NCBI GenBank assembly: GCA_049599475.1
Contig: JBMYOQ010000023.1
Span: 1 to 48,295, forward strand
Length of the DNA: 48,295 nucleotides
Direction of reading: 5' to 3'
Origin: Opitutales bacterium
GTDB lineage: Bacteria > Verrucomicrobiota > Verrucomicrobiia > Opitutales > JABSRG01
In this document: positions 1 through 10,376 of the stretch, one piece after another
Position numbering within the stretch: the first letter of the stretch is position 1
Layout of the letters: the number at the start of each line of letters is the position of its first letter
Position numbers and translations under genes: made by a program
Notes under the pieces: generated by a model
What the model was told of the DNA's origin: nothing
Seen by the model: the letters and a program-made list of their open reading frames with translations, nothing else
The model's database searches: none

Positions 1-33
1 CCGACCGAGGGTCGAACAAAGGCCTAAATGTTG

Positions 34-57
34 CGGCTCACCGAGACGGTTCGCCCT
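34..57 (-). repeat. REP element (GTAG-type, degenerate end); identical 24-bp copy at 33343-33366
   Basis: CGGCTCACCGAGACGGTTCGCCCT is an imperfect internal palindrome and occurs identically at 33343-33366. Its reverse complement resembles GTAG-GGCG-type REPs. Confidence 0.75.
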
Positions 58-175
58 AGCACTTCTGCACTTCAAAGTGTGGGTTTACTAGAACGAACGA
101 AATTAGTTTTGAGAAATCTTATACAAAGCTGCTTACCCCAGGGGCCTGATTAAAACTCCAACAAAACTGACAAAA

Positions 176-1027
176 ATGCATGTATCTCCTGTGCGTAAAA
201 ATTTGATACTCTATAGCTTAATGATTCGAAAGATTTTGTTACCCCCCATTTGCTTTTTAAGCGGATCTCTGATGCTCAATGCTGAAAATTTGCTCGTTGA
301 GGACTCGATGAACATTGTGTCGATAAACGAGCTGAAGTTCCCTTACGTCGACCAAGGTTGGGTTGTCAAAGGGCCTGGGTATTGGCTGTTTGACTACGAT
401 TATGGAAGCCTGACTCTTTTGGACTCGAGCCGTTCAGTGTCTCAGGTGGTTTCGGTAAGCTCTTCAGATGAAGCGGGTATTTCGGCCCTAGGGCTTTCAT
501 TCGACTACACGGTACACCCGGAGTCAGTAGGCTCTACGGCGATCAGTTTCCAATTGATCGGCTGGGTGAGTGATCAAGGTATGACGCCATCGAGTGGTGA
601 TTTTTTCGACTCGATTAATGCAAATGGATCTCTGCGTGTTGATACTGCAGACGGCTCATTGTCGCACGTCGACCTGCTGGCCGGGGGCGCGTTTTATGGC
701 CACGTCGAACCCGCTTCCGAAGCTGCCAACGGGGCTTTTAAACGCGGATTGATCGAAGTTGTGGGTGAGCCGGGCCAGACCCGTAGTTTTCAGTATTTGA
801 TTAGTCTGAGTTCCTTGAATGAGGCCTATAACACGCTCGATGAGTTCAGCTATCTCGGTGTTCGATTCTTTGCGACAGAAGCCAGTGAATCGAATCTCGA
901 TGGGAATATTTTGAGTAACGTAAAGCTCGTTAAAATCAATGAGCCGAAAACTGTCGGACTCTGGGCCAGCACTTCTTTCTTGGGAATGGTGCTAATTGTC
1001 CGAAGGCGTAGAATAATTATACCCTGA
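176..1027 (+). CDS. PEP-CTERM-like surface protein (variant NEP sorting motif)
   Basis: N-terminal hydrophobic signal (start probably ATG 221, MIRKILL). C-terminus INEPKTVGLWASTSFLGMVLIVRRRR has a motif, a TM helix and an Arg cluster. Confidence 0.7.
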   Translation: MHVSPVRKNLILYSLMIRKILLPPICFLSGSLMLNAENLLVEDSMNIVSINELKFPYVDQGWVVKGPGYWLFDYDYGSLTLLDSSRSVSQVVSVSSSDEAGISALGLSFDYTVHPESVGSTAISFQLIGWVSDQGMTPSSGDFFDSINANGSLRVDTADGSLSHVDLLAGGAFYGHVEPASEAANGAFKRGLIEVVGEPGQTRSFQYLISLSSLNEAYNTLDEFSYLGVRFFATEASESNLDGNILSNVKLVKINEPKTVGLWASTSFLGMVLIVRRRRIIIP

Positions 1028-1209
1028 AAATCTTTTCTGTAGCTATTGGGCTTGGATCCCGTGTCTGCCTTCGAAAAGTGAAAGGAATTTTAAGTGTATC
1101 GATCAATTCTGTTTCTGATTATGTCTCACAGTTTATGACCTAGTTATCTTTTCTGGTTTTTTCCTATTTCTATTAAGAAATTCCCCCCAACCCCCCATAC
1201 CTCGAAATA

Positions 1210-4200
1210 GTGGACCTACCTCGTCTCTCCTTGGTTTACCTAGGGATGCTTGTGAGTATCTCTGGTGTATGTAATGCCCAATCCGATCTTTTAGCTGGAT
1301 TTGATAACGCCTCGGGCGCTGTCAAAATGAGCGCTGAATACAGTGGATCGATAAGCGCGAATATATCGGGTAATCGACTGCGCAACTACGCAGGTACGAC
1401 AGACGGGCTATGGGGGACTCAGGCCTTGTCGCCGAGCGCCGATACCGCGAGCGAGCCGATTAATCAAAATTTCGGGGGCTTTAGCCTGGTGATCGATATT
1501 AGCAATACATCGGTGGATCAGCCGATCGATCTTCATCAAGTCCATTTGCAGTCATGGCGAGACCGCTGGGGTGCTCCGACTACGCTAGAGTTAAGCTCTG
1601 GTGCGCAAACGCAGTCATACACTTTGGGAGCGACTGAGGTGTGGTATGCTCAGGACATTGATCTGTCCGATTTACTGTCTGACCTCAACCTAGAGCCTGG
1701 AGAAAGCATATCGCTGACTTTGAATTTTACGGGGGCGCAGCGAAGCCATAGTTTCGTTGTGGACAACGTGGCGGTATCCGGGCGATTTTCAGCACCTCTC
1801 ATGGTCCGCTGGGGGCAAGCTTCGGGGCAACTGGATATAGTGAATTCCTATTGGGTGCGTCCCGAGGGGCCTGATACGACCTTTCAAGTGACGAATCCGA
1901 TTACGCCAAGCGTTGGAGGCAGTTACTACAGCGAATCTGCGGGATATTCTCCAGTATTCTACGGCGCTGGCTCGAGCGAAAGTGCCGTATTTGCGATCAA
2001 CAACCTTCCGTATACAGATCGCATCGAATATCGTAAAAAATCGTCACAAGGGGATGTGTTCTCCGGTATGCTCGTATGGAATGATTTTCTGGTAAATGCG
2101 GGTTATTTGGAACAGCTGAGGCTAGAGATTCAGGAGGATCATTGGTCCAATGACAGTTATTTCCGATGGGTTATTCAGGACGCACTGGGTAATTGGTATG
2201 TGAGCACGGAGCGCGAATATCACAACGATTTGTATATAGATCAGGCTGCGGTTCTAAATTGGTATTCCTTTACGCCTTTTGTGGACGGAGATGTGGTGAT
2301 TGGCGACTTCCCGGTATCAGTCGATCTACTCAATGTGGCATCGCTAGGTTTTTACTTCGAGTCGACAGACAAAGATGAAGCGGAGCGCAATATTGGCGCA
2401 TACGTGCGCTATTTCGCAGCAACAGTCTCCGAGACACCTCCATCCTTTCAAGACGGTGTGCAAAGCTTCGATACGGGTCTTACCATCACCTCCGTGCGCA
2501 ATGCCCTAGAACAAGGGCAGAGCCGTATCATCGGGGCGAGCGACGAAGGTACTGTTGTTGCAATGGATTACACTGGTACAGTGCTGTGGTCGAACCCTCT
2601 CAGTGGCCTCATGGTGAGAGATATCTGGTGCGACGATTTGGACGGCGATGGCGACGAAGAAATCTTGGTAGCAGTTGCGGATGGCAGTATAAGGTGTCTA
2701 AACGTATCGGATGGTACTGAGCGTTGGGCGTTTTTTGCGCCCCATGAGATACGGCCGCATGAGCCAAACAACGTCCCGATGAATTCAGTATGCACGATTC
2801 GCGGGGCTAATGGTGCTATCTATATCGCAGCGGGTGGATTCGACAAAAATTTTTACTGGGTCGATGTAAATGGAAATCTAATACAAGTGGTTAAGTCTTC
2901 CGGATATTCGGAAATCGAGCCATGGGGGAATAGTCGCTGGTACGATGGTCGATATATCGGCAAGGCGCACGCGGTAAATTTTCTCCGTCCTGTTCCACAG
3001 GCTGATGGCACGGATCGCCTACTGTTACTGGGGTATACACATATGAAGTTTCTCGGGCGCTTTTATTTCTTCGACCCCCTGGGCACGATTGGGGAGAAGG
3101 CGAACCCAGGTTTGAGTCTGAATACGACAGATTCGGTGGGCGCGCTGGAGGTATCGGATCCGGATCAAGACGGCAACTACACGATTCTTATGGGAAGCAA
3201 TTCGCTATACGATGTAGCAGTCGAGAAGGTGGAATTGTCCACGGGGGTGGGGCAGGTCTTTGAGGAGGTATTTGACCACCCCTTTAGGACTTACCGCTAT
3301 TCCATGATATTGGATGTGCCTTATGGAAGTGGATACGCTTACTTCATATTATGTGGGAATCAGATAATTCTGCACAACTCTGACTTCTCGAGCAAAATTA
3401 GCTCTGTCAAAATGCCCATTGCTCCCAGCGGGATGTGGCATGATCGGCATACACACAAAGTGCTCCTGGCGAGCGCCCAAAGTGGGGGAAGTGCCATTCA
3501 CGTGGTCGATCCGAGTGCGCCCTATTGGACGGAAGAGTTGAGGACGCTCGATGCTCCGGGGAAAATGCGCGAAATGCGTGCGAATTACAACACAATGCGT
3601 GCGCAAGTAAATCAATTTGTGCGGCCTGAGCGCGAGCGTGAGCCCGACGAGTTTGTCGAGGCATCAGGTGGCTTGAACAGCCCCGTTGCGATTGCCCTGC
3701 GTGAAAAATATGGACGTGTGAATCCGTTTTTCTACGACTTCAAAGACTCAACTTCCGTAGAAGAGCAGACATGGCGGGCCAGTGTTCCGATTACGCGAGT
3801 TGAACCGGTTGTAAATCCCCAGGATGAGCCTTATTTAAACCGTACCGACGGGGGAATTACATATGACAGGACCCGGCAGCAATTGATGGATCAACTCTTT
3901 ATCCCGGAGACCCAGGATAGTACGTATGGATTCGCATTCAGAGCCGGACACGGCAACGACCCTTACTATTTCAATCCGGATACCTTGAAAGAGGTGATCG
4001 ATTTGAGCTATGCGCGTGGAAATGGTCATCGCACGATGCTTTCCTGGGCAGAGGTGCAGACAGCCGCTTCCGACTATATTTACCCCTTGGATCGGCTCTA
4101 TTACGAGATATTGGAATACCTGCGTCCGCGGAATGGGATCATGGTGTTCAACAACAAAAACCTCTTCTGGAATAGTATCATTTATAAGGACATCTGGAGA

Positions 4201-5661
4201 GACTTCGTATCGGGAAAATACCGAAAAGTCTTCGTGCCGAATATGGAAGAAAGTACATCGAAGACTCCAGAGTTGAGCCTTTCAGGCCGCATTGGCCTTT
4301 GGGCCAGTGGCTCCTTTGACACCTGGGGCATGCGGACGACCCGGGACAATACCAGCTACGATCGCACCCGTGAACTTGCCGCACAGATGGTGCCGAATCA
4401 TTTTTTACGGCAACTGGTTTACCGCATCGCACATGGGGGGAGTTTGTCGCATAGCACCTACACGGATCCGGATTATATGCATGTCATTTTCGAGCTTGTC
4501 GCATCTGGTGCGCTCTATATGCCCCGCCCTGAAGAGATCGTGAGCTTTTCCCCCGTTCATTTTAGCATCAAGGAAAACCCGGATGAGCGCTATATTCAGT
4601 CCAACAACATCACGGAGTGGTCGACCTACTACGATGCCGCAGACCAGGATGCGAACCCAATGGTCATTGGACGTATGGAGGGTGCCTGGAAAGGGGGGAT
4701 GAATACTGAATGGGATTTCTCGCATTTCGCGACAGGTGTCCCTGACCGCAGGTTGAATTTTATTCCTCCATTTCCGCATGGCATGGTCTTGATGACACCT
4801 GTTGAAAATGGAGTGTATGCATCCGATGCGGCCTATCGCACACGCCTGCTTGAAAATTTACACCCCATTTATCGAGATATCCTTCAGGAATTTGTCATCG
4901 ACGGCCGTAATTATCTTTCGAGTGACGGCTCTGCTACCTATGCGGCGAATAGTAGTTATTTTTATGATACTGTAAAACCCGCTGTTGAAAATGGGGGAAG
5001 CGCTCTGCCGGTGACTCTATCGGGTGATCCCGTGGGCTGGGTGTGTGCTCAGTCGGCGCCGCGACATCTTCGCCTTACCTTAGTCGATAGCGGATACTTG
5101 AACCCCCAGGAACGCGCTGTGACCATACATTTCAATACAGTGACCCCAGTCCGAGTGGTGGATGTGTTGTCCGGGGAAAGCTTTCCAATCGTGGACGGCA
5201 CATGTGCGCTTACGGTGCCTTTGGGGATGTTTCGCCTGTTGGAGATTGAAATTACCGCACCACTGAAAACTGAATGGGATGTATTTGTGGTGGAAAACGG
5301 ATTGAGTGGTTCCAAGACCGACGATTGGGATGGGGACGGCCTGGATGATTTCCTAGAATTTGCGATTGGCGAAAACCCGAGATCGAAGACTCAAGGGGGC
5401 TCGATTCCCGAGTTGGTCCTTGATGGGATGACACTCAAAGTCCGGAATGCCCAGCGTGGCAGCACCTCCGTTATTGGGGGCGCAGAGTATCAGTTGGAAT
5501 GGACGGAGGACCTCAAGGCGGGCTTGTGGAGCAGCAGCTGGGACTCAGTCATCGAAGAGGACCCAGATGCGTCACTGTATCATCAATTCGAACGCACCCT
5601 TGATATATCGGATAAAGAGGCTCTGTATATTCGAATGAAGCTCAGCGAGCCCGGGTCTTAA
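1210..5661 (+). CDS. cglA: Modular lambda-carrageenase (GH150, CglA-like) with two N-terminal accessory modules and a verrucomicrobial C-terminal domain
   Basis: Signal peptide. From about aa 419 a PQQ-like propeller (GASDEGTV..LWSNPLSGLMVRDIWCDDLDGDG; VPMNSV; AAGGFDKNFY; LLASAQSGGSAIHVVD), then WGMRTTRDNTSYDR..QMVPNHFLRQ and LRLTLVDSGYLNP. I recognise these as CglA-type motifs from memory. Confidence 0.85.
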   Translation: MDLPRLSLVYLGMLVSISGVCNAQSDLLAGFDNASGAVKMSAEYSGSISANISGNRLRNYAGTTDGLWGTQALSPSADTASEPINQNFGGFSLVIDISNTSVDQPIDLHQVHLQSWRDRWGAPTTLELSSGAQTQSYTLGATEVWYAQDIDLSDLLSDLNLEPGESISLTLNFTGAQRSHSFVVDNVAVSGRFSAPLMVRWGQASGQLDIVNSYWVRPEGPDTTFQVTNPITPSVGGSYYSESAGYSPVFYGAGSSESAVFAINNLPYTDRIEYRKKSSQGDVFSGMLVWNDFLVNAGYLEQLRLEIQEDHWSNDSYFRWVIQDALGNWYVSTEREYHNDLYIDQAAVLNWYSFTPFVDGDVVIGDFPVSVDLLNVASLGFYFESTDKDEAERNIGAYVRYFAATVSETPPSFQDGVQSFDTGLTITSVRNALEQGQSRIIGASDEGTVVAMDYTGTVLWSNPLSGLMVRDIWCDDLDGDGDEEILVAVADGSIRCLNVSDGTERWAFFAPHEIRPHEPNNVPMNSVCTIRGANGAIYIAAGGFDKNFYWVDVNGNLIQVVKSSGYSEIEPWGNSRWYDGRYIGKAHAVNFLRPVPQADGTDRLLLLGYTHMKFLGRFYFFDPLGTIGEKANPGLSLNTTDSVGALEVSDPDQDGNYTILMGSNSLYDVAVEKVELSTGVGQVFEEVFDHPFRTYRYSMILDVPYGSGYAYFILCGNQIILHNSDFSSKISSVKMPIAPSGMWHDRHTHKVLLASAQSGGSAIHVVDPSAPYWTEELRTLDAPGKMREMRANYNTMRAQVNQFVRPEREREPDEFVEASGGLNSPVAIALREKYGRVNPFFYDFKDSTSVEEQTWRASVPITRVEPVVNPQDEPYLNRTDGGITYDRTRQQLMDQLFIPETQDSTYGFAFRAGHGNDPYYFNPDTLKEVIDLSYARGNGHRTMLSWAEVQTAASDYIYPLDRLYYEILEYLRPRNGIMVFNNKNLFWNSIIYKDIWRDFVSGKYRKVFVPNMEESTSKTPELSLSGRIGLWASGSFDTWGMRTTRDNTSYDRTRELAAQMVPNHFLRQLVYRIAHGGSLSHSTYTDPDYMHVIFELVASGALYMPRPEEIVSFSPVHFSIKENPDERYIQSNNITEWSTYYDAADQDANPMVIGRMEGAWKGGMNTEWDFSHFATGVPDRRLNFIPPFPHGMVLMTPVENGVYASDAAYRTRLLENLHPIYRDILQEFVIDGRNYLSSDGSATYAANSSYFYDTVKPAVENGGSALPVTLSGDPVGWVCAQSAPRHLRLTLVDSGYLNPQERAVTIHFNTVTPVRVVDVLSGESFPIVDGTCALTVPLGMFRLLEIEITAPLKTEWDVFVVENGLSGSKTDDWDGDGLDDFLEFAIGENPRSKTQGGSIPELVLDGMTLKVRNAQRGSTSVIGGAEYQLEWTEDLKAGLWSSSWDSVIEEDPDASLYHQFERTLDISDKEALYIRMKLSEPGS

Positions 5662-5697
5662 TCCGAATATTATGGAGTCGTCAGCCGGTTGCCGCCT

Positions 5698-5724
5698 CGG
5701 TCGTCTCGGATATGCGACCCTTCC
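5698..5724 (-). repeat. Degenerate REP-like palindrome
   Basis: CGGTCGTCTCGGATATGCGACCCTTCC; the reverse complement GGAAGGGTCGCATATCCGAGACGACCG has the same architecture as the 13055 REP, with GTAG changed to GAAG. Confidence 0.5.
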
Positions 5725-5750
5725 CGTGGAATGGACTCGTCCTTTTTTTT
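5716..5750 (+). terminator. Possible intrinsic terminator of the carrageenase gene
   Basis: An imperfect hairpin (TTCC-CGT-GGAA, GGAC-TC-GTCC) is followed by T8 at 5743-5750, downstream of the stop at 5661. Confidence 0.35.
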
Positions 5751-5797
5751 GGGGGGTAGTTTCGGTGAAGGATGCTTGTAAATACCCTGAGGCATGA

Positions 5798-6646
5798 TTG
5801 CTTCTCGGTATTGTGAAAAAGGCTAAATCATTATCTTTGAGTGTTGCGATTCTCCTGATGCAAGGTGCGTCTTCTTTATGTTGGGGCGTTGAGAAAGCTG
5901 GCGCTGTAAGTATTTTACTCAGTTCGGAAATTGAATGGGAGCAGTTGAACCCTGCGCGCGGGGACAAAAGCCCGCAGGCGGGCACGCTTTGGGGCGACCG
6001 TAAAGGCGAGGTGGCTACAGGCTTTTTGGCGAAATTTGTCGATGGGTTTTCATCCCCGCCACACATTCACAATGCGACGTATCGAGCGGTCGTGATCAGT
6101 GGGCTCATTCACAATGATGATCCTGCTGCCGAAAAAATGTGGATGCCTCCCGGCTCCTTCTGGACGCAGCCGAAAGGGGAGTCCCATATCACAGCAGCGA
6201 AGGGAGATACCAATATCGCGCTTGTTGAAATTGACCAAGGTCCGTATCTAGTGATGCACGCGGATGAGGCCTTTGATAGTGGCGAGCGTCCCATTAACAT
6301 AGATCCTTCGAACCTTGTGTGGCTAGATGTTCCAGGTTTTGAAACTTCGGCCATTAACCCCAAGCAAGTCTATCTATGGGGAAGCCTGAAAGAGGGAGAA
6401 AGCAACGGCAGTTTCATAGAACTCCCCGCAGGCTTTGAAGGAACCCTACAGACGACGGGCGATGTCTTTCGTGCGGTGGTCATCAAAGGTGAGTTGCATT
6501 ATAAGGGTTCCACAGGAAAGACACTCGATCCCGGGAGCTATCTTGGCGCAACAGGGATAGTCGACCATCCGATCCAGAGCAGTCAGGCTTCAGAAACGAT
6601 TATCTACATCCGAACAAACGGTTCGTATAAACTCTCAGCTGAATAG
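5798..6646 (+). CDS. DUF4437 family secreted cupin-like protein
   Basis: Signal peptide. [66 protein letters not shown] are characteristic DUF4437 motifs. Confidence 0.85.
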   Translation: MLLGIVKKAKSLSLSVAILLMQGASSLCWGVEKAGAVSILLSSEIEWEQLNPARGDKSPQAGTLWGDRKGEVATGFLAKFVDGFSSPPHIHNATYRAVVISGLIHNDDPAAEKMWMPPGSFWTQPKGESHITAAKGDTNIALVEIDQGPYLVMHADEAFDSGERPINIDPSNLVWLDVPGFETSAINPKQVYLWGSLKEGESNGSFIELPAGFEGTLQTTGDVFRAVVIKGELHYKGSTGKTLDPGSYLGATGIVDHPIQSSQASETIIYIRTNGSYKLSAE

Positions 6647-6996
6647 AGAAAGTGTATGCATCCGGTGTTTCTGATAGAGGCGCTCTTAGAATCGATTTCC
6701 GGCTGAGTGATCCAAGTCGAAAAGCTCGTTAAATAGACATGGTTTTAGAGCCTTTTGGGTAAAATTTTGCTGTATCTTGAGGGCTAATCATCACTGTTTT
6801 CGGCCTTAAGTTTCCTGCGCTTTAAGCGCATTGCTAATCGGATGAGCCAAGATTCGTTAGGTCTCAGCGTTTCAATTTTGAATAAACCGAGGGGGTATCA
6901 ACGAGATTCAGAGAACAGTATTGAGAAAGAGGAAAATGAACACGCTGGAAGGCGCGTTTATGTGTGCTCTTTGGTCGGGCAAAGTGTTGAGGCTGA

Positions 6997-9771
6997 CTAT
7001 TTGTCCGGTTGCGAGGGAAGCTCTCGAGTAAGTCGCATGGATTCAAACCCTTCCTCATGGATCGCTATGTGTGTTTTACCGCTCTCGGAGGGGACAAACT
7101 TTATGTCCTGAGTGCGATCGCCAATGGTGATACGCAGGTCTCCGGTTGAGGTGTTGAAAAGGGTCTCCGGCAGTGGGTCGCCGTAGCGATAAGGATACAT
7201 GAATATTTTGAATGTGCCCTTCGTTGCCCGAGCCGGAATCATGAGTGTTTTGTCGGTCTGTTTAGGATGAGGTCTGCGACGATCGGGGTCAGCCTCTGCT
7301 TTCCAAATAGATCGATTGAAGTGAGCGGATGTTAGGTCGCCGCCCTCGAGTCTCGATGAATCCACATGTATTTTTGCGAGCGGTTCGTTTCGTGATTGTG
7401 CTGCAGAGTTATCCCTTTCAAGTACGCGAATCAACAGGAGGGGATCCCCAGTTTCTGGGCGTTTGTTCGTTCTCGAGCTATACATGTCATGTCCGCCGGA
7501 AAGGAAGATGTCGGTTTCAGTCAGATGCGCGATCGACACATCCCAGGGAACCTGCATTTGCCACAGGTACTCATGCGGTTGGTCGTCGACTAAAATATCG
7601 TCTACAATGATTGCATAGGGGAGCTCGGACCTCACGATGCCGGAGGATCGGATCGAGTATTCAAGGTCGACCCAAGGCTTCTTCATTTGTTTGTATGGCG
7701 AATCGGCATTGTAGACGTCGTTGTATTCCCAGAACGGGATTGATAAATGAGCTTCGGAGCCTTTTTCGAAAAAGAAATCGTTTTGTGTTTCCATTACAGG
7801 TACGCCGCCATCTTCTGCCTCGAAGGACATGCGGTGGGCGGCGCCGCCTTTTTGATTGGTCCGGTCCTTCCATATCCATTTCCATGTGTAGGTCGTGTCT
7901 CCGGTCATGAAGGTGGCTAAGTCCGTATCTGCGTAGTCTACGATACGGCCTGGAGTGCGCACACCTTGCTCTTTGTCATCGATAGACACTACACTGACGC
8001 TGCGTGTGGAGAACGCGTGCGTATCGTGTCTTGCCCACAGTCGTCCTGCTCCGGCCAATACAAAACTATTACGATCTCCGTGAACATGACGCCCGTAGTT
8101 TTGCCTGGTGTGCATTGCGAGAAAGAGAGCGTTTGGATCGGTGAAACTGCTGCGCGTTAACATGAGTCCTCGTTGAGGGGCCAAGTAGCTCAGGCCTAAT
8201 TCATTGAGAACTTCAGGAGACGTGTTGTCGGTGTCGTAATCCGTGGCAAAAATGAGAGCCTCGACGAAACCGTTATTCCATCCGGTCGGAGATGGGCTTA
8301 GATCCCTATAATTCTCACCGATAATTTGCTGGTAGATGTAGTCTATGATTTTGTCGTCGGGAAATACATATTTGAGGCTTATAATATCGCTCGGATAAGG
8401 TTTCCATTCCTCTTGGGCAGGGTTGGGGATTTGTGGGCTTCGGCTTGTTCCTCCCCAGAGCTCGTATCCCAAAAATGAAGGGGCATAAGGCATTTTCAGG
8501 TGAGGCATCATTTTGCGTATGTAGGCTTTTAGGTGTGGGTGTGTGAGTAGGTTGTTCCCACGCTTCGCTAGCGTATACATCGCTATCGCGCCGGTATGTC
8601 CTTTGCCCAGGCCTTCGTAGCACGCTCCTGACGGATAGTAACCATATGTGATGTTGTTGCGGAATGCTCGGTGAATGCCCGCGAGTTTAAGATCGTTGAA
8701 TCCGGGTTCTCCCTCAATGGCGAGCAGGTTTACGAGATTGAAACGCGTCAATGCGGTCCAATTGTGAGTCGTTGCATATGCCGGGAGAAAGGTACCGTAG
8801 TAGGCCCAGTGGTGGGTCGCTTTGACGAGTTCTTCTCGGAATAAATCTTTCTGTTCCGGAGTGAGCCAATCGAAAATAAAGTCGTAGCTCAGGGCCAGGT
8901 TCGTGGATCCTAGCACTGGATACTTGGATTCTATTTGGCTTATATCGATGTCCTTTCGCTCATTTTTGACTACCAATTCTATGATCGAGGCGAGCGTGCG
9001 CGCTCCTTCAGCGTCGTTTTCAATGAGGCAACGGAAGGCTTCGAGAGGAAATCCGAGCCGGATGTCCCCACGGGTTATGGTATGTCCTGGGCGTGCCGAT
9101 GGATCGACGACTGGATTGACGTAAACGCCGGACTTCAGGCTGTTCCATATTTCACCGTTCCCCGGAGTGCGTGTACCGATGAGGCGCACGAGGTCTACGC
9201 GCGCACCGCTGAATCGATTTGGTTGAGCGTAGTCCGCGTCGGGATCATAGGTCCCTTTCATTGCGTGGATGTAGGCCATTAGGTTGAGCCACATTTCCCT
9301 TCCGGACTGGGTCTCTTTGTATCTTCTGCGCAGCTCGGGTAATTGATCCGGGCCGAAATATATCCTTGGGTGGATGCCTGGCTCGGGAGCCTTGGGAATG
9401 TCTTTTAGGCCTTCATCATCGAAAGTAATTTCCATGTCGCCATAATCATTCCATGGGATGTCCTTCCATTTTGGAAAATTGCCAGCTTCACGGTTTTTAT
9501 GCCAAAATTGGGGGTAGTAAGTATTCGGCGTGGCGTATTCCTCCCAATACGGCGAGTCGTTATTGGGCTTGTAGGTACTCATGGTAAGCACAGTTTCTTC
9601 GAGCGGTGGCTCATCTAAGATGGACGGACTTTCATCTTCCTTGGAATCTACAGGTAAGGGTAGGCTGCCGTCGGTATGGGTGTTTTCCGTATTCCTAGAT
9701 GCGCGGTCGTAGCTGCATCCGTACTGTGAGAGGGCAATCAGTGATAAGAAAACTATGTTTCTTGAGAGCAT
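6997..9771 (-). CDS. Lipoprotein, heparinase II/III-like (alpha/alpha + beta-sandwich) putative polysaccharide lyase
   Basis: Lipobox-like LSQYGC; HPRIYF, LALSYDFIFDWLT, THNW, YEGLGK and HVHGDRNSFVL motifs. Paralog of 22299..24791. Confidence 0.7.
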   Translation of the reverse strand: MLSRNIVFLSLIALSQYGCSYDRASRNTENTHTDGSLPLPVDSKEDESPSILDEPPLEETVLTMSTYKPNNDSPYWEEYATPNTYYPQFWHKNREAGNFPKWKDIPWNDYGDMEITFDDEGLKDIPKAPEPGIHPRIYFGPDQLPELRRRYKETQSGREMWLNLMAYIHAMKGTYDPDADYAQPNRFSGARVDLVRLIGTRTPGNGEIWNSLKSGVYVNPVVDPSARPGHTITRGDIRLGFPLEAFRCLIENDAEGARTLASIIELVVKNERKDIDISQIESKYPVLGSTNLALSYDFIFDWLTPEQKDLFREELVKATHHWAYYGTFLPAYATTHNWTALTRFNLVNLLAIEGEPGFNDLKLAGIHRAFRNNITYGYYPSGACYEGLGKGHTGAIAMYTLAKRGNNLLTHPHLKAYIRKMMPHLKMPYAPSFLGYELWGGTSRSPQIPNPAQEEWKPYPSDIISLKYVFPDDKIIDYIYQQIIGENYRDLSPSPTGWNNGFVEALIFATDYDTDNTSPEVLNELGLSYLAPQRGLMLTRSSFTDPNALFLAMHTRQNYGRHVHGDRNSFVLAGAGRLWARHDTHAFSTRSVSVVSIDDKEQGVRTPGRIVDYADTDLATFMTGDTTYTWKWIWKDRTNQKGGAAHRMSFEAEDGGVPVMETQNDFFFEKGSEAHLSIPFWEYNDVYNADSPYKQMKKPWVDLEYSIRSSGIVRSELPYAIIVDDILVDDQPHEYLWQMQVPWDVSIAHLTETDIFLSGGHDMYSSRTNKRPETGDPLLLIRVLERDNSAAQSRNEPLAKIHVDSSRLEGGDLTSAHFNRSIWKAEADPDRRRPHPKQTDKTLMIPARATKGTFKIFMYPYRYGDPLPETLFNTSTGDLRITIGDRTQDIKFVPSESGKTHIAIHEEGFESMRLTRELPSQPDK

Positions 9772-9875
9772 AAATTTGCAGTTTAGGGTGTATCGGTAAC
9801 TTTCGCCTCTGTGTCCTTGAGGAAAAATCGTTTAAGGTAAACGGGGGGTGAGGGTTTAGTGTGTTTTTTAGGAAA

Positions 9876-9901
9876 ACTTTAACAATTTCAGTTTTACGCA
9901 A
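9876..9901 (-). promoter_or_regulatory. Putative promoter TTGCGT-N14-TAAAGT for the lyase-like lipoprotein
   Basis: Matches a motif that recurs upstream of several genes (see findings) and points toward the ATG at 9771. Confidence 0.35.
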
Positions 9902-10118
9902 TGAGTTACCTAAGCGCGCAAGGAATGCAGGAGGTGTGGGTATAATTATTGAGTGGGTAGCGATTATGACCGGGTTCTCTGTGGGCTAGGTGCCTCGGGA
10001 CGCTCAGAGTGCACGAGATCAGAGTAATTATCAATGGATGTGAGGTTTCCCCGAGATGAAATTGCGGTAGGGGCTCGAATCCATCGATCTTAAGCCCTTT
10101 GCGTCATGATGTTATTGT

Positions 10119-10143
10119 TTGCGCGATTTCGCTGTTTTAAATT
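10119..10143 (+). promoter_or_regulatory. Putative promoter TTGCGC-N13-TAAATT for the sulfatase
   Basis: Recurrent motif pointing toward the ATG at 10377. Confidence 0.35.
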
Positions 10144-10376
10144 TTTACACTTTAAGAACAATACGGATTCGTCGACATCGGATGAAGCTAACTGGCGACC
10201 CTTCGATTTCGCGAACGAGCTATCATTTTATTTACATCGATTTCGGCTCGATCATACCTAGCAACACTTTGGCATTAATAACCCCTCTTCTTCAGGATCA
10301 TCGAATCTTGGAAATCATAGCTCAAGAATGGCTTGAGACTGCGATTATTTAACCTGTAACCCAAATCTTTCTATTA

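Noticed and set aside
5743..5756. T8-G6 homopolymer run as a phase-variation tract
   Set aside because: The runs are short and intergenic, and T8 is better explained as a terminator tail.
6742..6751. GTTTTAGAGC resembling the start of a type II-A CRISPR repeat
   Set aside because: I saw only one 10-bp match, with no repeat-spacer periodicity and no cas genes.
6816..6830. TGCGCT-TTA-AGCGCA inverted repeat as a member of the promoter motif
   Set aside because: It lies between convergent gene ends with no downstream TAAnT box or target gene; at most a weak hairpin.
10070..10098. GGGGCTCGAATCC resembling a tRNA T-arm
   Set aside because: No cloverleaf, D-arm, anticodon arm or CCA can be built.
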